From Vulcanimicrobiota bacterium (GTDB lineage Bacteria > Vulcanimicrobiota > Vulcanimicrobiia > Eremiobacterales > Eremiobacteraceae), in NCBI GenBank assembly GCA_963812135.1, contig CAWETU010000001.1, forward strand, positions 896,001 to 960,000: a stretch of DNA of 64,000 nucleotides, in the 5' to 3' direction. Both the position numbers and the translations under genes were made by a program. This document shows, piece by piece, positions 47,196-56,279 of the stretch (position 1 is the first letter of the stretch; each line of letters starts with the position of its first letter). The notes beneath the pieces are model-generated. The model searched no databases. It was not told the DNA's origin and worked only from the letters and a program-made list of their open reading frames with translations.

Positions 47196-48487
47196 GCCAC
47201 ACCCGCCACTGCCGCTTTGAGCGGGCAGCCGCCTTGCGTCACGTGCGCCTTGAACTCGTCGGGGAAGCGGCGTAACACCGACAGCAAGAACGGCATGATC
47301 GAGTCGCCGAGCGGGCACAGGTTCGTGCCGGTCAAGGTGTTGTTGATGACGCCGAGCACGCGCAGGTCTTCATCGGACCCTTCGCCCGCTTCCAGTCGCG
47401 ACACCATGCGCGCGACCCACTGGCCGCCTTCGCGGCACGGCGTGCACTGGCCGCACGATTCGTGCTCGAAGAAACGCGTGAGCGTCTTCGCGCAGCGCAC
47501 CATGCATGCGGTGTCATCCATGACCACGAAGCCGCCCGAACCGAGCATCGTGCGCTTGGCCGCGAGCGAATCGAAGTCGATGCCCACGTCGAGATCTTCC
47601 GCGAACAGCGCCGCGGAGGACGCGCCGCCGGGTTGGAAGGCTTTGAGGGTGCGCTTGGGCAGCAAGCCGCCCGCATATTCCTCGATCAGCTCGCGCGCGG
47701 GGATGCCGAGCGGCACTTCATAGTTGCCGGGCCGGCGGACGTGGCCGCTGACCGACATGATCTTGGGGCCAGGCGATTTCTCGGGCCCGATCGCCGCGAA
47801 CCACGGCGCACCGCGCTCGATGATGTGCTTGACGTAGCCCAGCGTCTCCACGTTGTTGATGACCGTCGGCATGCCGTAGAGTCCGGCGATGGCGGGGAAC
47901 GGAGGCTTGAGGCGCGGCTCGCCGCGCTTGCCCTCGATCGATTCGAGCTGCGCGGTCTCCTCGCCGCAGATGTACGCACCCGCGCCCCGGTGGATCACGA
48001 CGTTCAGGGAGTAATCGGTGCCGAGGATGCGTTCGCCGACGTAGCCGCGCTGCGTCGCCGCGTCGAGCGCCCGGCGGAAGATGCGCGAACCCTCGAGGAA
48101 TTCACCGCGTATATAGATGTAGGCTTGCGTCGAGCCGATGGCATACGCCGCGATGACCAGACCTTCAATGATCTGCAGCGGCGTCTGCTCGAGCAGCATG
48201 CGGTCCTTGAACGTCCCTGGCTCGGCTTCGTCGCAATTGCAGACGAGGTAACGCGGCCGTCCGTCTTTGGGCAAGAAACCCCACTTGCGGCCCGTCGGGA
48301 AGCCGGCGCCGCCGCGCCCGCGCAGGTTCGAAGCCGTGATCTCGGTGGTGACCGACTCTGGCGTCATCTCTTTGAGCGCCTTCTTGAGCCCGGCGAATCC
48401 GCCGTCGCGCTCGTACACGTCGATGTCGGTCAGGTCCAACTGCCCGATGCCCTTCATGAGGACCGGTTCAAATGTCGCCATCGTCAT
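47192..48487 (-). CDS. nuoF: NADH-quinone oxidoreductase subunit F
   Basis: 'LRGRGGAGFPTG', 'GAGAYICGEET', 'ESCGQCTPCREG'. Confidence 0.97.
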   Translation of the reverse strand: MTMATFEPVLMKGIGQLDLTDIDVYERDGGFAGLKKALKEMTPESVTTEITASNLRGRGGAGFPTGRKWGFLPKDGRPRYLVCNCDEAEPGTFKDRMLLEQTPLQIIEGLVIAAYAIGSTQAYIYIRGEFLEGSRIFRRALDAATQRGYVGERILGTDYSLNVVIHRGAGAYICGEETAQLESIEGKRGEPRLKPPFPAIAGLYGMPTVINNVETLGYVKHIIERGAPWFAAIGPEKSPGPKIMSVSGHVRRPGNYEVPLGIPARELIEEYAGGLLPKRTLKAFQPGGASSAALFAEDLDVGIDFDSLAAKRTMLGSGGFVVMDDTACMVRCAKTLTRFFEHESCGQCTPCREGGQWVARMVSRLEAGEGSDEDLRVLGVINNTLTGTNLCPLGDSIMPFLLSVLRRFPDEFKAHVTQGGCPLKAAVAGVA

Positions 48488-48978
48488 TCGGCCGGCATCG
48501 CCGGTTGCGGCAGTTGCGAGCTCCAAGTGTCGAGCAGCGCGTCAAACGCCGGCGCGGTGACGTCATAGTGGAACTCAAGGTTGTGCTGCAGGCACGGCGC
48601 GCGGTCGCACGCCGCCAAACACTCGACCTCTTCGTAGTAGAACTGCCCGTCGGCCGATGTCTCGAGATGGCCGATGCCGAGGCGGCGCTTGATGTGGTCC
48701 TGCAAGTCCTCGGCGCCGCGCAGCATGCACGACATCGTGCGGCACACCTGGATGATGTGCTTGCCGACCGGCTCCTTGAAGAGCAGCGTATAAAAGGAAG
48801 CGATCGATTCGACCTCGCCCGGGGTGATGCCGACCACCTCGGCTGCGTCGCGCATGGCTTGGGTGGTCACGTAGCCGTCCTGCGCTTGGCAGAACTGCAA
48901 GAACGGGATCAGCGCGGACTGCGGCTTCGGGTAGCGCGCCATGAGCTCGCGCGCGCGCTCGGCGCGTTCGGGCGTCAT
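48484..48978 (-). CDS. nuoE: NADH-quinone oxidoreductase subunit E
   Basis: 'SFYTLL', 'VCRTMSC', 'ECLAACDRAP'. Confidence 0.95.
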   Translation of the reverse strand: MTPERAERARELMARYPKPQSALIPFLQFCQAQDGYVTTQAMRDAAEVVGITPGEVESIASFYTLLFKEPVGKHIIQVCRTMSCMLRGAEDLQDHIKRRLGIGHLETSADGQFYYEEVECLAACDRAPCLQHNLEFHYDVTAPAFDALLDTWSSQLPQPAMPAE

Positions 48979-50207
48979 CGGTCGACCTCGCCGAACACCG
49001 GGTCCAAACTGCCGATGATCGCCACCACATCCGCCACGAGGTTGCCCGGCGCCAGCTTGCGCAGCGCTTGGAGGTTGTAGAACGATGGCGGGCGCCAGCG
49101 CACGCGCCACGGCTTGTTGCCGCCTGCGCTCGTGACGTACATCCCGAGCTCGCCGCGCGGGCTCTCCACCGATTGATAGATGTGGCCTTCCGGCACGTTG
49201 AAGCCCGACGACACGAGTTTGAAGTGGTGGATCAGCGCTTCCATCGAGTGTTGGATCTCGGTCTTGGGGGGCGGCAGGATCTTGCGGTCGCTGATCGTGA
49301 CCGGTCCGTCCGGAAATTTTTCGCGCGCTTGCTTGATGATGCGCCACGCTTGATACATCTCGTCGAGCCGCACGACGAAGCGCGAATAGCTGTCGCCGCC
49401 CGTGTGCGTGCAGATGTCGAAATCGTACGTCTCATAACCGCTGTACGGCAGCGCCTTGCGCACGTCGTACGGGATGCCGCTGCCGCGCAGGATCGGTCCG
49501 GTCATGCCCCAATCGATCGCCTCTTGCGGCGTGATCACGCCGACGCCGATCAGACGATCCATGATGATGACGTTCTTCTCGAGGATGGCGCGCATATCGG
49601 TCAGGCGCTCGGGGAAAAGGCCGATGAAGTCGTCCAACTTCGCGAGGAAGCCCTTGGGCACGTCGATGGCGAGGCCGCCGATGCGGAACCAGGACTGATG
49701 CATGCGCGCGCCCGTGACGAATTCCATGATCTCGAGGATGCGCTCGCGCATCTCGAACGCGTACATGAAGATCGATTGCGCGCCGAGATCCATGGCGTGC
49801 GTGCCGAGCTGCACCAAGTGGCTGGCGATGCGCGTGAGCTCGGTGAACATCACGCGCAGCACTTGGGCGCGCGGCGGGATGTTGTCGATGCCGAGCAGCC
49901 GCTCGGCAGCGAGCACGTAACACAGGCTGTTCGAGAGCGGCGCGAGGTAATCGGCGCGATCGACGACGGTGACCGCCTGTTGCCAGAAAAGATTCTCGGC
50001 CTGTTTTTCGATGCCCGTATGAAGGAAGCCGATCTCGGGCTCCGCGGTGACCACCGTCTCGCCGTCGAGCCGCAACATCACCCGCAGCACGCCGTGCGTG
50101 CTCGGATGCTGCGGTCCCATCGACAGGACGAGCGTATCGCGCTCATCGCCCGGCGTGGCCGTCACATCTTTTTCGGCTTCGAACACCGACAGATCGGTGG
50201 TGCTCAT
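48975..50207 (-). CDS. nuoD: NADH-quinone oxidoreductase subunit D
   Basis: '[13 protein letters not shown]', 'ESPRGELG', 'DPVFGEVDR'. Confidence 0.97.
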   Translation of the reverse strand: MSTTDLSVFEAEKDVTATPGDERDTLVLSMGPQHPSTHGVLRVMLRLDGETVVTAEPEIGFLHTGIEKQAENLFWQQAVTVVDRADYLAPLSNSLCYVLAAERLLGIDNIPPRAQVLRVMFTELTRIASHLVQLGTHAMDLGAQSIFMYAFEMRERILEIMEFVTGARMHQSWFRIGGLAIDVPKGFLAKLDDFIGLFPERLTDMRAILEKNVIIMDRLIGVGVITPQEAIDWGMTGPILRGSGIPYDVRKALPYSGYETYDFDICTHTGGDSYSRFVVRLDEMYQAWRIIKQAREKFPDGPVTISDRKILPPPKTEIQHSMEALIHHFKLVSSGFNVPEGHIYQSVESPRGELGMYVTSAGGNKPWRVRWRPPSFYNLQALRKLAPGNLVADVVAIIGSLDPVFGEVDR

Positions 50208-50800
50208 TTGGTCACCACCGGCGGCACGGGACCGGGCAGCCCGCCGGGATTGAAGCGACGGTTGAGCCCGCGCAGCGGATAATCTTTACGCAGCGGATAG
50301 CCTTCCCAATCGTCGGGCATCAGAATCCGTCGCAGGTCCGGATGGCCGTCAAACCGGACGCCGAACAGATCCCACACTTCACGCTCCGGCCAGTTCGCGT
50401 TCGGCCACCGGCTGCACAGCGAGGGCACGACCGGATCGATATCGCTCGGGAAGACTCGCAGCCGGAATCTTTCCGGCACCAATGTAGCGGTCGAATTTAT
50501 TCGACCGGTCGCTTCCTTGCGTTCGGCCCTTTGGATGCGCTCGAGCGGGAACGCGAGGAAATGATACGAGATCTCAAAGCGCGGCGTGAGCGGGAGGTGG
50601 TCGGTGCCGCCGATATCGAGCAAATGGTTGAAGCCTGCCGCGCGCGCCAGGTCGACGGCAGCGAGCAGTCCGGCAGCCAAGATCGCGGCTTCGTCCATGT
50701 CGGCGGCTGAGACCGCCTCGACGAACGACGGGCCGAGCGATTGCGCGAGCTGGGCGAGAAGCGCTGAACTCGCAGCGCGTCCGGCGACGGCCTCAGGCAC
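50204..50800 (-). CDS. nuoC: NADH-quinone oxidoreductase subunit C, with repeat-containing loop
   Basis: '[36 protein letters not shown]'. Confidence 0.95.
   Translation of the reverse strand: MPEAVAGRAASSALLAQLAQSLGPSFVEAVSAADMDEAAILAAGLLAAVDLARAAGFNHLLDIGGTDHLPLTPRFEISYHFLAFPLERIQRAERKEATGRINSTATLVPERFRLRVFPSDIDPVVPSLCSRWPNANWPEREVWDLFGVRFDGHPDLRRILMPDDWEGYPLRKDYPLRGLNRRFNPGGLPGPVPPVVTK
50484..50507 (+). repeat. REP-like palindrome copy 6 inside nuoC
   Basis: gtagcggtcgaatttattcgaccg, perfect 9-bp stem; read as GRINSTAT on the coding strand. Confidence 0.88.
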
Positions 50801-51269
50801 GCGCCAGCACGTTGGCCTTGCCGCCGGCTTCGATCTCGCGCCGCAGTTGCATGAGCGCGTAGATCAACGCGTCGGGGCTCGGCGGGCAGCCGGGGACGTA
50901 CACATCGACGGGCAAGATCGAATCGACGCCCGGCAAGATGGCGTAGTTGTCGAAGATGCCGCCGGACGACGCGCATGCGCCCATCGAGATGACCCATTTC
51001 GGATCCGGCATCTGCTCGTAGAGCTGGCGCAGGATGGGCGCCATCTTGTTCGCGACACGCCCGGACACGATCATGAGATCGCTTTGGCGCGGCGACGAGC
51101 GGAAGACCTCCGCGCCGAAGCGCGACGTGTCGTAGCGCGGCGAGACGATGCTCATCATCTCGATCGCGCAGCATGCGAGGCCCATGGTCATCGGCCAGAT
51201 CGCGGACGTCTGCGCCCAGCGCGTGAATTCATCGAGTTTGGTGGTGATGAACGGCTGCTGCGGGCTCAT
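50793..51269 (-). CDS. nuoB: NADH-quinone oxidoreductase subunit B
   Basis: '[10 protein letters not shown]', 'SPRQSD', 'MGACASSGG', 'PGCPP'. Confidence 0.97.
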   Translation of the reverse strand: MSPQQPFITTKLDEFTRWAQTSAIWPMTMGLACCAIEMMSIVSPRYDTSRFGAEVFRSSPRQSDLMIVSGRVANKMAPILRQLYEQMPDPKWVISMGACASSGGIFDNYAILPGVDSILPVDVYVPGCPPSPDALIYALMQLRREIEAGGKANVLARA

Positions 51270-51625
51270 CTCCATGAGAAACCGCCCTTCTTCCAGACGT
51301 ACGCGTAGCCGATGCCAAGCACGACGATGAACGCGACCATCTCGAGCAATCCGAACGTGCCGAGCTGGCGCAAACGGACGGCCCATGGATAGAACGACGC
51401 CGCTTCGACGTCGAAGATGACGAAGAGCATCGCGACCAAGTAGAAACGCACGGGGAAGCGCCCGACCATCGGCGAGGTCGGGGGCACGCCGCACTCATAC
51501 GGTTCGAGCTTTTCGACCGTCGGGCGCTTCTTGGTGAAAATGCCAGGCACAATAGCGATGAGCGTCGCCACCACGACGGCGACGACGAAATAGATCAGGA
51601 TGGCGGACCAGGCGGATTCGGGCAC
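51266..51625 (-). CDS. nuoA: NADH-quinone oxidoreductase subunit A
   Basis: 'PYECG', '[14 protein letters not shown]', 'YVWKKG'. Confidence 0.96.
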   Translation of the reverse strand: MPESAWSAILIYFVVAVVVATLIAIVPGIFTKKRPTVEKLEPYECGVPPTSPMVGRFPVRFYLVAMLFVIFDVEAASFYPWAVRLRQLGTFGLLEMVAFIVVLGIGYAYVWKKGGFSWR

Positions 51626-51740
51626 GGTTCCCCTGTATGGCCCCGCGCGTTAGCGTGCGCGGGGAAGAATTACGCTTTGCGAGACGTCCGCTGAGTTTGT
51701 GAAAATATTCCCAAAGTCCCCCCGTTCGAACGCCTCGCCC

Positions 51741-51764
51741 CGGTCGAATAAACTCGACCGCTAC
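51741..51764 (-). repeat. REP-like palindrome copy 7; its TAG is the cysK stop codon
   Basis: - strand gtagcggtcgagtttattcgaccg. Confidence 0.85.
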
Positions 51765-52762
51765 AAGAACTCGAGGCCGGTGGCGGTGGGCGTCAAGTGG
51801 TTCTCCGCCAGCCACTCTGCGTTGTACAGACGGGACATCGAGCGCGCCCCGCCGTCGCACAAGATGGTGACGACATTGCTCCCGGGAGGGCAGTCCTTAG
51901 CCACGCGTGCGGCGGCGGTCACATTTACGCCGGACGAGCCACCCAAGAACAATCCTTCCTCACGCAACAGGTAGTGCACCATCTCGACCATCGACCGATC
52001 GTCGACGCGTACCGCGTCATCGGCTCGGGCGCCTTTGAAGTTGTCGGTGATCCGCTTGATGCCGATGCCTTCGGCGATCGACTCGCCGACGACGTCGAGC
52101 ATGCCCGCCGTGATGTAGCAATACAGAGAGGAGCCGAGCGGATCGGCGAGCACGCAGCGGATATTCTGATCGCGCTCTTTCAAGTAGGATGAAACGCCGG
52201 CGAACGTGCCGCCCGTCCCCGCCGCGGCGACGAACGCGGCGATCGATCCGCCGTTGTCCGACCAGATTTCAGGTCCCGTCGTCTCGTGGTGCGCGCGCCG
52301 GTTGGCAGGGTTATTGAACTGGTCGGCCCACAACGCGCCGGGAATCGATTGAGCGATGCGCTGCGCCACGTGATAATAGTTGTTCTCGTCCGCGAACGGC
52401 ACTGAGGGCACGATGCGCACGTCGGCGCCGAGGACGCGCAACAGGTCGAACTTCTCGGACGATTGGTCGTCGGGGATGACGATGATCGTGCGATACCCGC
52501 GCGCGTTGCCCAACAACGCCAGCGCGATCCCGGTGTTGCCAGCCGTGCCTTCGACGATTGTTCCGCCCGGCTTGAGCGTGCCCGCCGCCTCGGCGGATTC
52601 GATGATGAATTTCGCCGCGCGGTCCTTGACCGATCCGCCGGGGTTGAGATGTTCGGCCTTGCCGAGGATGTTGCGGCCAAGCGCGTCGGACAGGCGCGGG
52701 ATGCGGACGAGCGGCGTATCGCCGACCGTTGCGAAGAGATCGCGCTTGATGCCGCCCGCCAT
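51761..52762 (-). CDS. cysK: Cysteine synthase A family PLP enzyme
   Basis: 'KAEHLNPGGSVKDR', 'EGTAGNTG', 'GTGGT', 'GGSSG', 'ILCD'. Confidence 0.88.
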   Translation of the reverse strand: MAGGIKRDLFATVGDTPLVRIPRLSDALGRNILGKAEHLNPGGSVKDRAAKFIIESAEAAGTLKPGGTIVEGTAGNTGIALALLGNARGYRTIIVIPDDQSSEKFDLLRVLGADVRIVPSVPFADENNYYHVAQRIAQSIPGALWADQFNNPANRRAHHETTGPEIWSDNGGSIAAFVAAAGTGGTFAGVSSYLKERDQNIRCVLADPLGSSLYCYITAGMLDVVGESIAEGIGIKRITDNFKGARADDAVRVDDRSMVEMVHYLLREEGLFLGGSSGVNVTAAARVAKDCPPGSNVVTILCDGGARSMSRLYNAEWLAENHLTPTATGLEFL

Positions 52763-52809
52763 GTCGCCAAAAGGCTACCCACCGGTTGCGCGGAATACCT
52801 GCGACTGCG

Positions 52810-53763
52810 ATGCATGCACGCAAGATCATTATCATCGGCTCCGGACCTGCGGGTCTGACGGCGGCGATCTACGCCGCGCGCGCCAACCTCGCGCCGCTGA
52901 TGTTCGCGGGAGGACTCTACGGCGGCCAGCTCATGCTCACGAGCGACGTCGAGAACTATCCGGGCTTTCCCGAAGGCATCCTCGGGCCAGAGCTGATGGA
53001 GCGTTTTCGCGCGCAAGCGGAGCGTTTCGGAGCCGTCATCCGCAACGACGACGTGACCCGCGTCGATTTCTCGTCGCAGCCGTTGAAGGTCTGGGTCGGC
53101 GACGAAGAGCATCACGCGACCGTCGTCATCGCCGCGACCGGCGCGTCCGCGCAATGGCTCGGCTTGCCGAACGAGACCCGCTTGCGCGGCCGCGGCGTGT
53201 CGAGCTGCGCGACGTGCGACGGCGCTTTCTTCAAAGAGAAGGACATTATCGTCGTCGGTGGCGGCGACACGGCGCTTGAGGATGGGTTGTTCTTGACGCG
53301 TTTCGGGCGCAGCGTGACGGTCGTGCATCGGCGCGACACCTTGCGCGCGTCAAAAATAATGCAGCAGCGCGCGTTCTCGCATCCGAAGATGTCGTTCATC
53401 TGGAACACCGTCGTCGAGGACATCGAGGGCGAGCGCAACGTGACGGCCGCGAAGCTGCACGACCTTGAGACGGGGATGGTGACGGTTCGTCCGTGCGACG
53501 CCGTCTTCGTGGCGATCGGCCACGTGCCGAACACCGAGATCTTCGCGGGACAACTCGAGCTCGATCACAAGGGCTACATCGTCTCACCGGACGGGGTGCG
53601 GACCAACGTCGAGGGCGTCTTCGTGGCCGGCGACGTCCAGGACACGCGCTACCGGCAGGCGGTGACCGCCGCCGGACTGGGTTGCCGCGCCGCAATGGAA
53701 GCCGAAAAACATCTCGAAACTATTGAGAGCCAGGCGCATCACGCCTCTGCGGCGGCGCATTAG
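52810..53763 (+). CDS. trxB: Thioredoxin-disulfide reductase
   Basis: 'GSGPAGLTAAIY', 'CATCDG', 'GGGDTA', 'AGDVQD..YRQAVTAAG'. Confidence 0.96.
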   Translation: MHARKIIIIGSGPAGLTAAIYAARANLAPLMFAGGLYGGQLMLTSDVENYPGFPEGILGPELMERFRAQAERFGAVIRNDDVTRVDFSSQPLKVWVGDEEHHATVVIAATGASAQWLGLPNETRLRGRGVSSCATCDGAFFKEKDIIVVGGGDTALEDGLFLTRFGRSVTVVHRRDTLRASKIMQQRAFSHPKMSFIWNTVVEDIEGERNVTAAKLHDLETGMVTVRPCDAVFVAIGHVPNTEIFAGQLELDHKGYIVSPDGVRTNVEGVFVAGDVQDTRYRQAVTAAGLGCRAAMEAEKHLETIESQAHHASAAAH

Positions 53764-53861
53764 CACGCCTTAAGCCCAGAGGGCGGTACAGCCGATAATT
53801 AATGTAAGCGGCCGCACAGCGGAACCGTCTTTTCCTTGGATCAGGAGCAGATACCGAACGT

Positions 53862-56276
53862 ATGAGTGAGCAGCAGCCCGGCCAGGCATCCGCGCACGGC
53901 CTCGAGCAAGCCCGGGCCGAGATCGCCGCAGGCAATACCGCCGCGGCCGGCTCCCTCGTGCGCCAAGCCGTCGGGCGCTCCGATACGTCCCCCGCACAGC
54001 TCGCTGAAGGCGCGCGCATCGCCGCCGACCTCGGCATGGAAGAAGCGTTCGGCTGGTTCATGCGCGCGGGCAGATTGCAGCTCGACGCCGGCGACGTCGA
54101 CGCGTCGCGCGCGGCGTTCGAAGCGGCCCGCGCATTGGACGAGAAGAACTACGAGCCGATCTTCGAGATCGGGCGCGCCGAAATCGCCGCGGGCAACAAA
54201 GCCGCGGGACTCGGGCGATTCGCCGAAGTCCTCCGTAAGTCGAACTACACGTTTGTCCCCGCGCTGTTCGAAGCCGGCTGCGTCTACGAAGCCGACGAGC
54301 AAGTCGATCAAGCCATCCTGACCTTCAAGCGCATCGTCGAGCGCGACAAGAGCCACGCGCAAGCCCTCGCGCATCTCGGCCGCCTCTATCGCATCAAGCA
54401 GATGGCGACGGAAGCGACGGCCTATCTGCTGCAGTCTGCAGAAGCGGCGCGCAAGGTCATGGAGTACGAGCTTGCGCTGCAGTGCGCACGCGACATCCTC
54501 GAGTTCGACCCCGGCAACGCGCGCGCGCGCGGGTTGGAATCGGAGATGGAGAAAATCGCGCCGACACCGCGCGATCGCCCGGCTCAGAAACCGCAGCCGA
54601 AGCCTGCACCTATGCCGCCACCGCCGCCGATCCAACAAGTGGCGGCTACGGTCGTGCCGCCGGACTACAAGCTCATCGAGCAGCAGTCCAAGGCGACGCT
54701 CGAACTCGCCCAAGTGACGGCCGCGATAGCGGAGACCTACAAGCAGCGGCTCGCGATCGAAGAGCAGATCAAAGCGGCGCAGAGCACGTTGGCGTCGGTC
54801 GGCGAGGCCAAGGCCGGCGCCGATCAGGAGCTCGCCTCGATCAAGGCGCAGCTCGACAACGTCGCCAAAGCGCGCGCCGCCGAAGAAGCCACGTTGGACG
54901 CACTGTCGGCGAAGCTCGAGCAAGCCCGTCAAGGTCTGGTGGAGATCGAAGCGCTGCACGAGACGGTCAAACAAGCCGACGAACAGCGCGCCGGAATCGT
55001 CAAGTCGATCGAGCAGCTCTCGACGGATGCGGCGGGCGTCCGCTCGCGCGCCGACAAGGCGAAGACCGACGCGGCTGCGGTCGAAAAATCGTTGCTCGAA
55101 GTCGCCGCCGGTTTTGCAGCGTTGCGCAAAGACGCCGAAGGCGCGAAGTCGCTGCTCGATGACGCGAAGTCGCAAGCCGAGCGCGCGAAGGCCGATGCGA
55201 TCGCCGCCGAAGCGACCATCGCGAAGGCACGCGAAGCGTTCGAGAAGAGCAAGTCACAAGTCGACGCGGCTGAGAAACGCATCATCGAGGCGGCGGCGCA
55301 CGCGCACGCGGTTGGTGCCGACTCCACCACCGCGCTGGGCGCGCTTGGGGAAGTCGAGGGGCTCATCGCTTCGACGATGGCCGCCCACAAAGGCATCGAA
55401 GACGCAGTCGCGCAGCTGCGCGCGCTTGCGGTCGCCCTGACCGATCGGCGCAAACAGACCGAGGCCACCCTCGCCCAGATCCAAGGTCTTGGCGAGCCGC
55501 AAAACGTCGGACTGACCGACGCCGACATCGCCAAGCTCGAAGCCGGTCTCGCCGCGGCGATCGAAAAAGCCACCGCCGCCTCGAAGCAGGCTGCGCAGGC
55601 TCCATCCGCTCCGCCCACGCCGCCGCCGGCCGCCGCCGTCAAGCCGAACGGCGCCTCGACTGCGCCCGACGTCGCGGTCGGCAAGGCCGCAGCGAAAGCC
55701 GAGCCGGCCAAAGCCGAGCAGGCGAAGCCCGAGCCTGCCAAAGCGGAAGCTCCCAAGGCCGAGCCGCCCAAAGCGGAAACGGCGAAAGCGCAACCTGCCA
55801 AAGCCGAGCCCGCGAAGCCTGAGCCAGCCAAAGCAGAAGCGCCCAAGGCGCCTGCTGCGAAAGCCAACGACAACACGCCGCATGGTATCTTCGCGCGCGG
55901 TATCGCACAACTCGAAGAGAACAAGCCGCAAGATGCGCTCAAGACGCTCGAGCCGCTGCAGGCGAATCCGGAGTTCGCGGTGCTGGTCCAGACCGCGATC
56001 GGACGCTGCTACGCGCAGCTCGGCAACCTCGACGAAGCGCTGGCGCGTTATGCGAAGGCGCTCGAAGTCTCAGGCCACCCGGAAGAGCAATATCACGAGG
56101 CCCTGTATTACATGGCTGCCGCGCACGAGAGCCGCAACGACGACGAGTCGCGCGAGCTCGCGACCTGGGCGCTCGAAGAGATCTTCGCTGCCAATCCCAA
56201 GTATCGGGATGTCGGCGCGCGCCTCGACTCGCTCAAAGCGAAAGCCGGAAAGGCCGCGGCCGGCGGTCCGGCCTAA
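53862..56276 (+). CDS. TPR / long coiled-coil / TPR protein (SgmX-like architecture)
   Basis: N-terminal TPRs, Ala-rich coiled coil, AKAEP repeats, C-terminal TPR ending 'NPKYRDVGARL'; AGGAG RBS. Confidence 0.75.
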   Translation: MSEQQPGQASAHGLEQARAEIAAGNTAAAGSLVRQAVGRSDTSPAQLAEGARIAADLGMEEAFGWFMRAGRLQLDAGDVDASRAAFEAARALDEKNYEPIFEIGRAEIAAGNKAAGLGRFAEVLRKSNYTFVPALFEAGCVYEADEQVDQAILTFKRIVERDKSHAQALAHLGRLYRIKQMATEATAYLLQSAEAARKVMEYELALQCARDILEFDPGNARARGLESEMEKIAPTPRDRPAQKPQPKPAPMPPPPPIQQVAATVVPPDYKLIEQQSKATLELAQVTAAIAETYKQRLAIEEQIKAAQSTLASVGEAKAGADQELASIKAQLDNVAKARAAEEATLDALSAKLEQARQGLVEIEALHETVKQADEQRAGIVKSIEQLSTDAAGVRSRADKAKTDAAAVEKSLLEVAAGFAALRKDAEGAKSLLDDAKSQAERAKADAIAAEATIAKAREAFEKSKSQVDAAEKRIIEAAAHAHAVGADSTTALGALGEVEGLIASTMAAHKGIEDAVAQLRALAVALTDRRKQTEATLAQIQGLGEPQNVGLTDADIAKLEAGLAAAIEKATAASKQAAQAPSAPPTPPPAAAVKPNGASTAPDVAVGKAAAKAEPAKAEQAKPEPAKAEAPKAEPPKAETAKAQPAKAEPAKPEPAKAEAPKAPAAKANDNTPHGIFARGIAQLEENKPQDALKTLEPLQANPEFAVLVQTAIGRCYAQLGNLDEALARYAKALEVSGHPEEQYHEALYYMAAAHESRNDDESRELATWALEEIFAANPKYRDVGARLDSLKAKAGKAAAGGPA
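55690..55865 (+). repeat. Degenerate 15-bp tandem repeats encoding (A/P)K(A/P)E(P/A) pentapeptides
   Basis: AKAEP AKAEQ AKPEP AKAEA PKAEP PKAET AKAQP AKAEP AKPEP AKAEA. Confidence 0.8.
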
Positions 56277-56279
56277 CGC

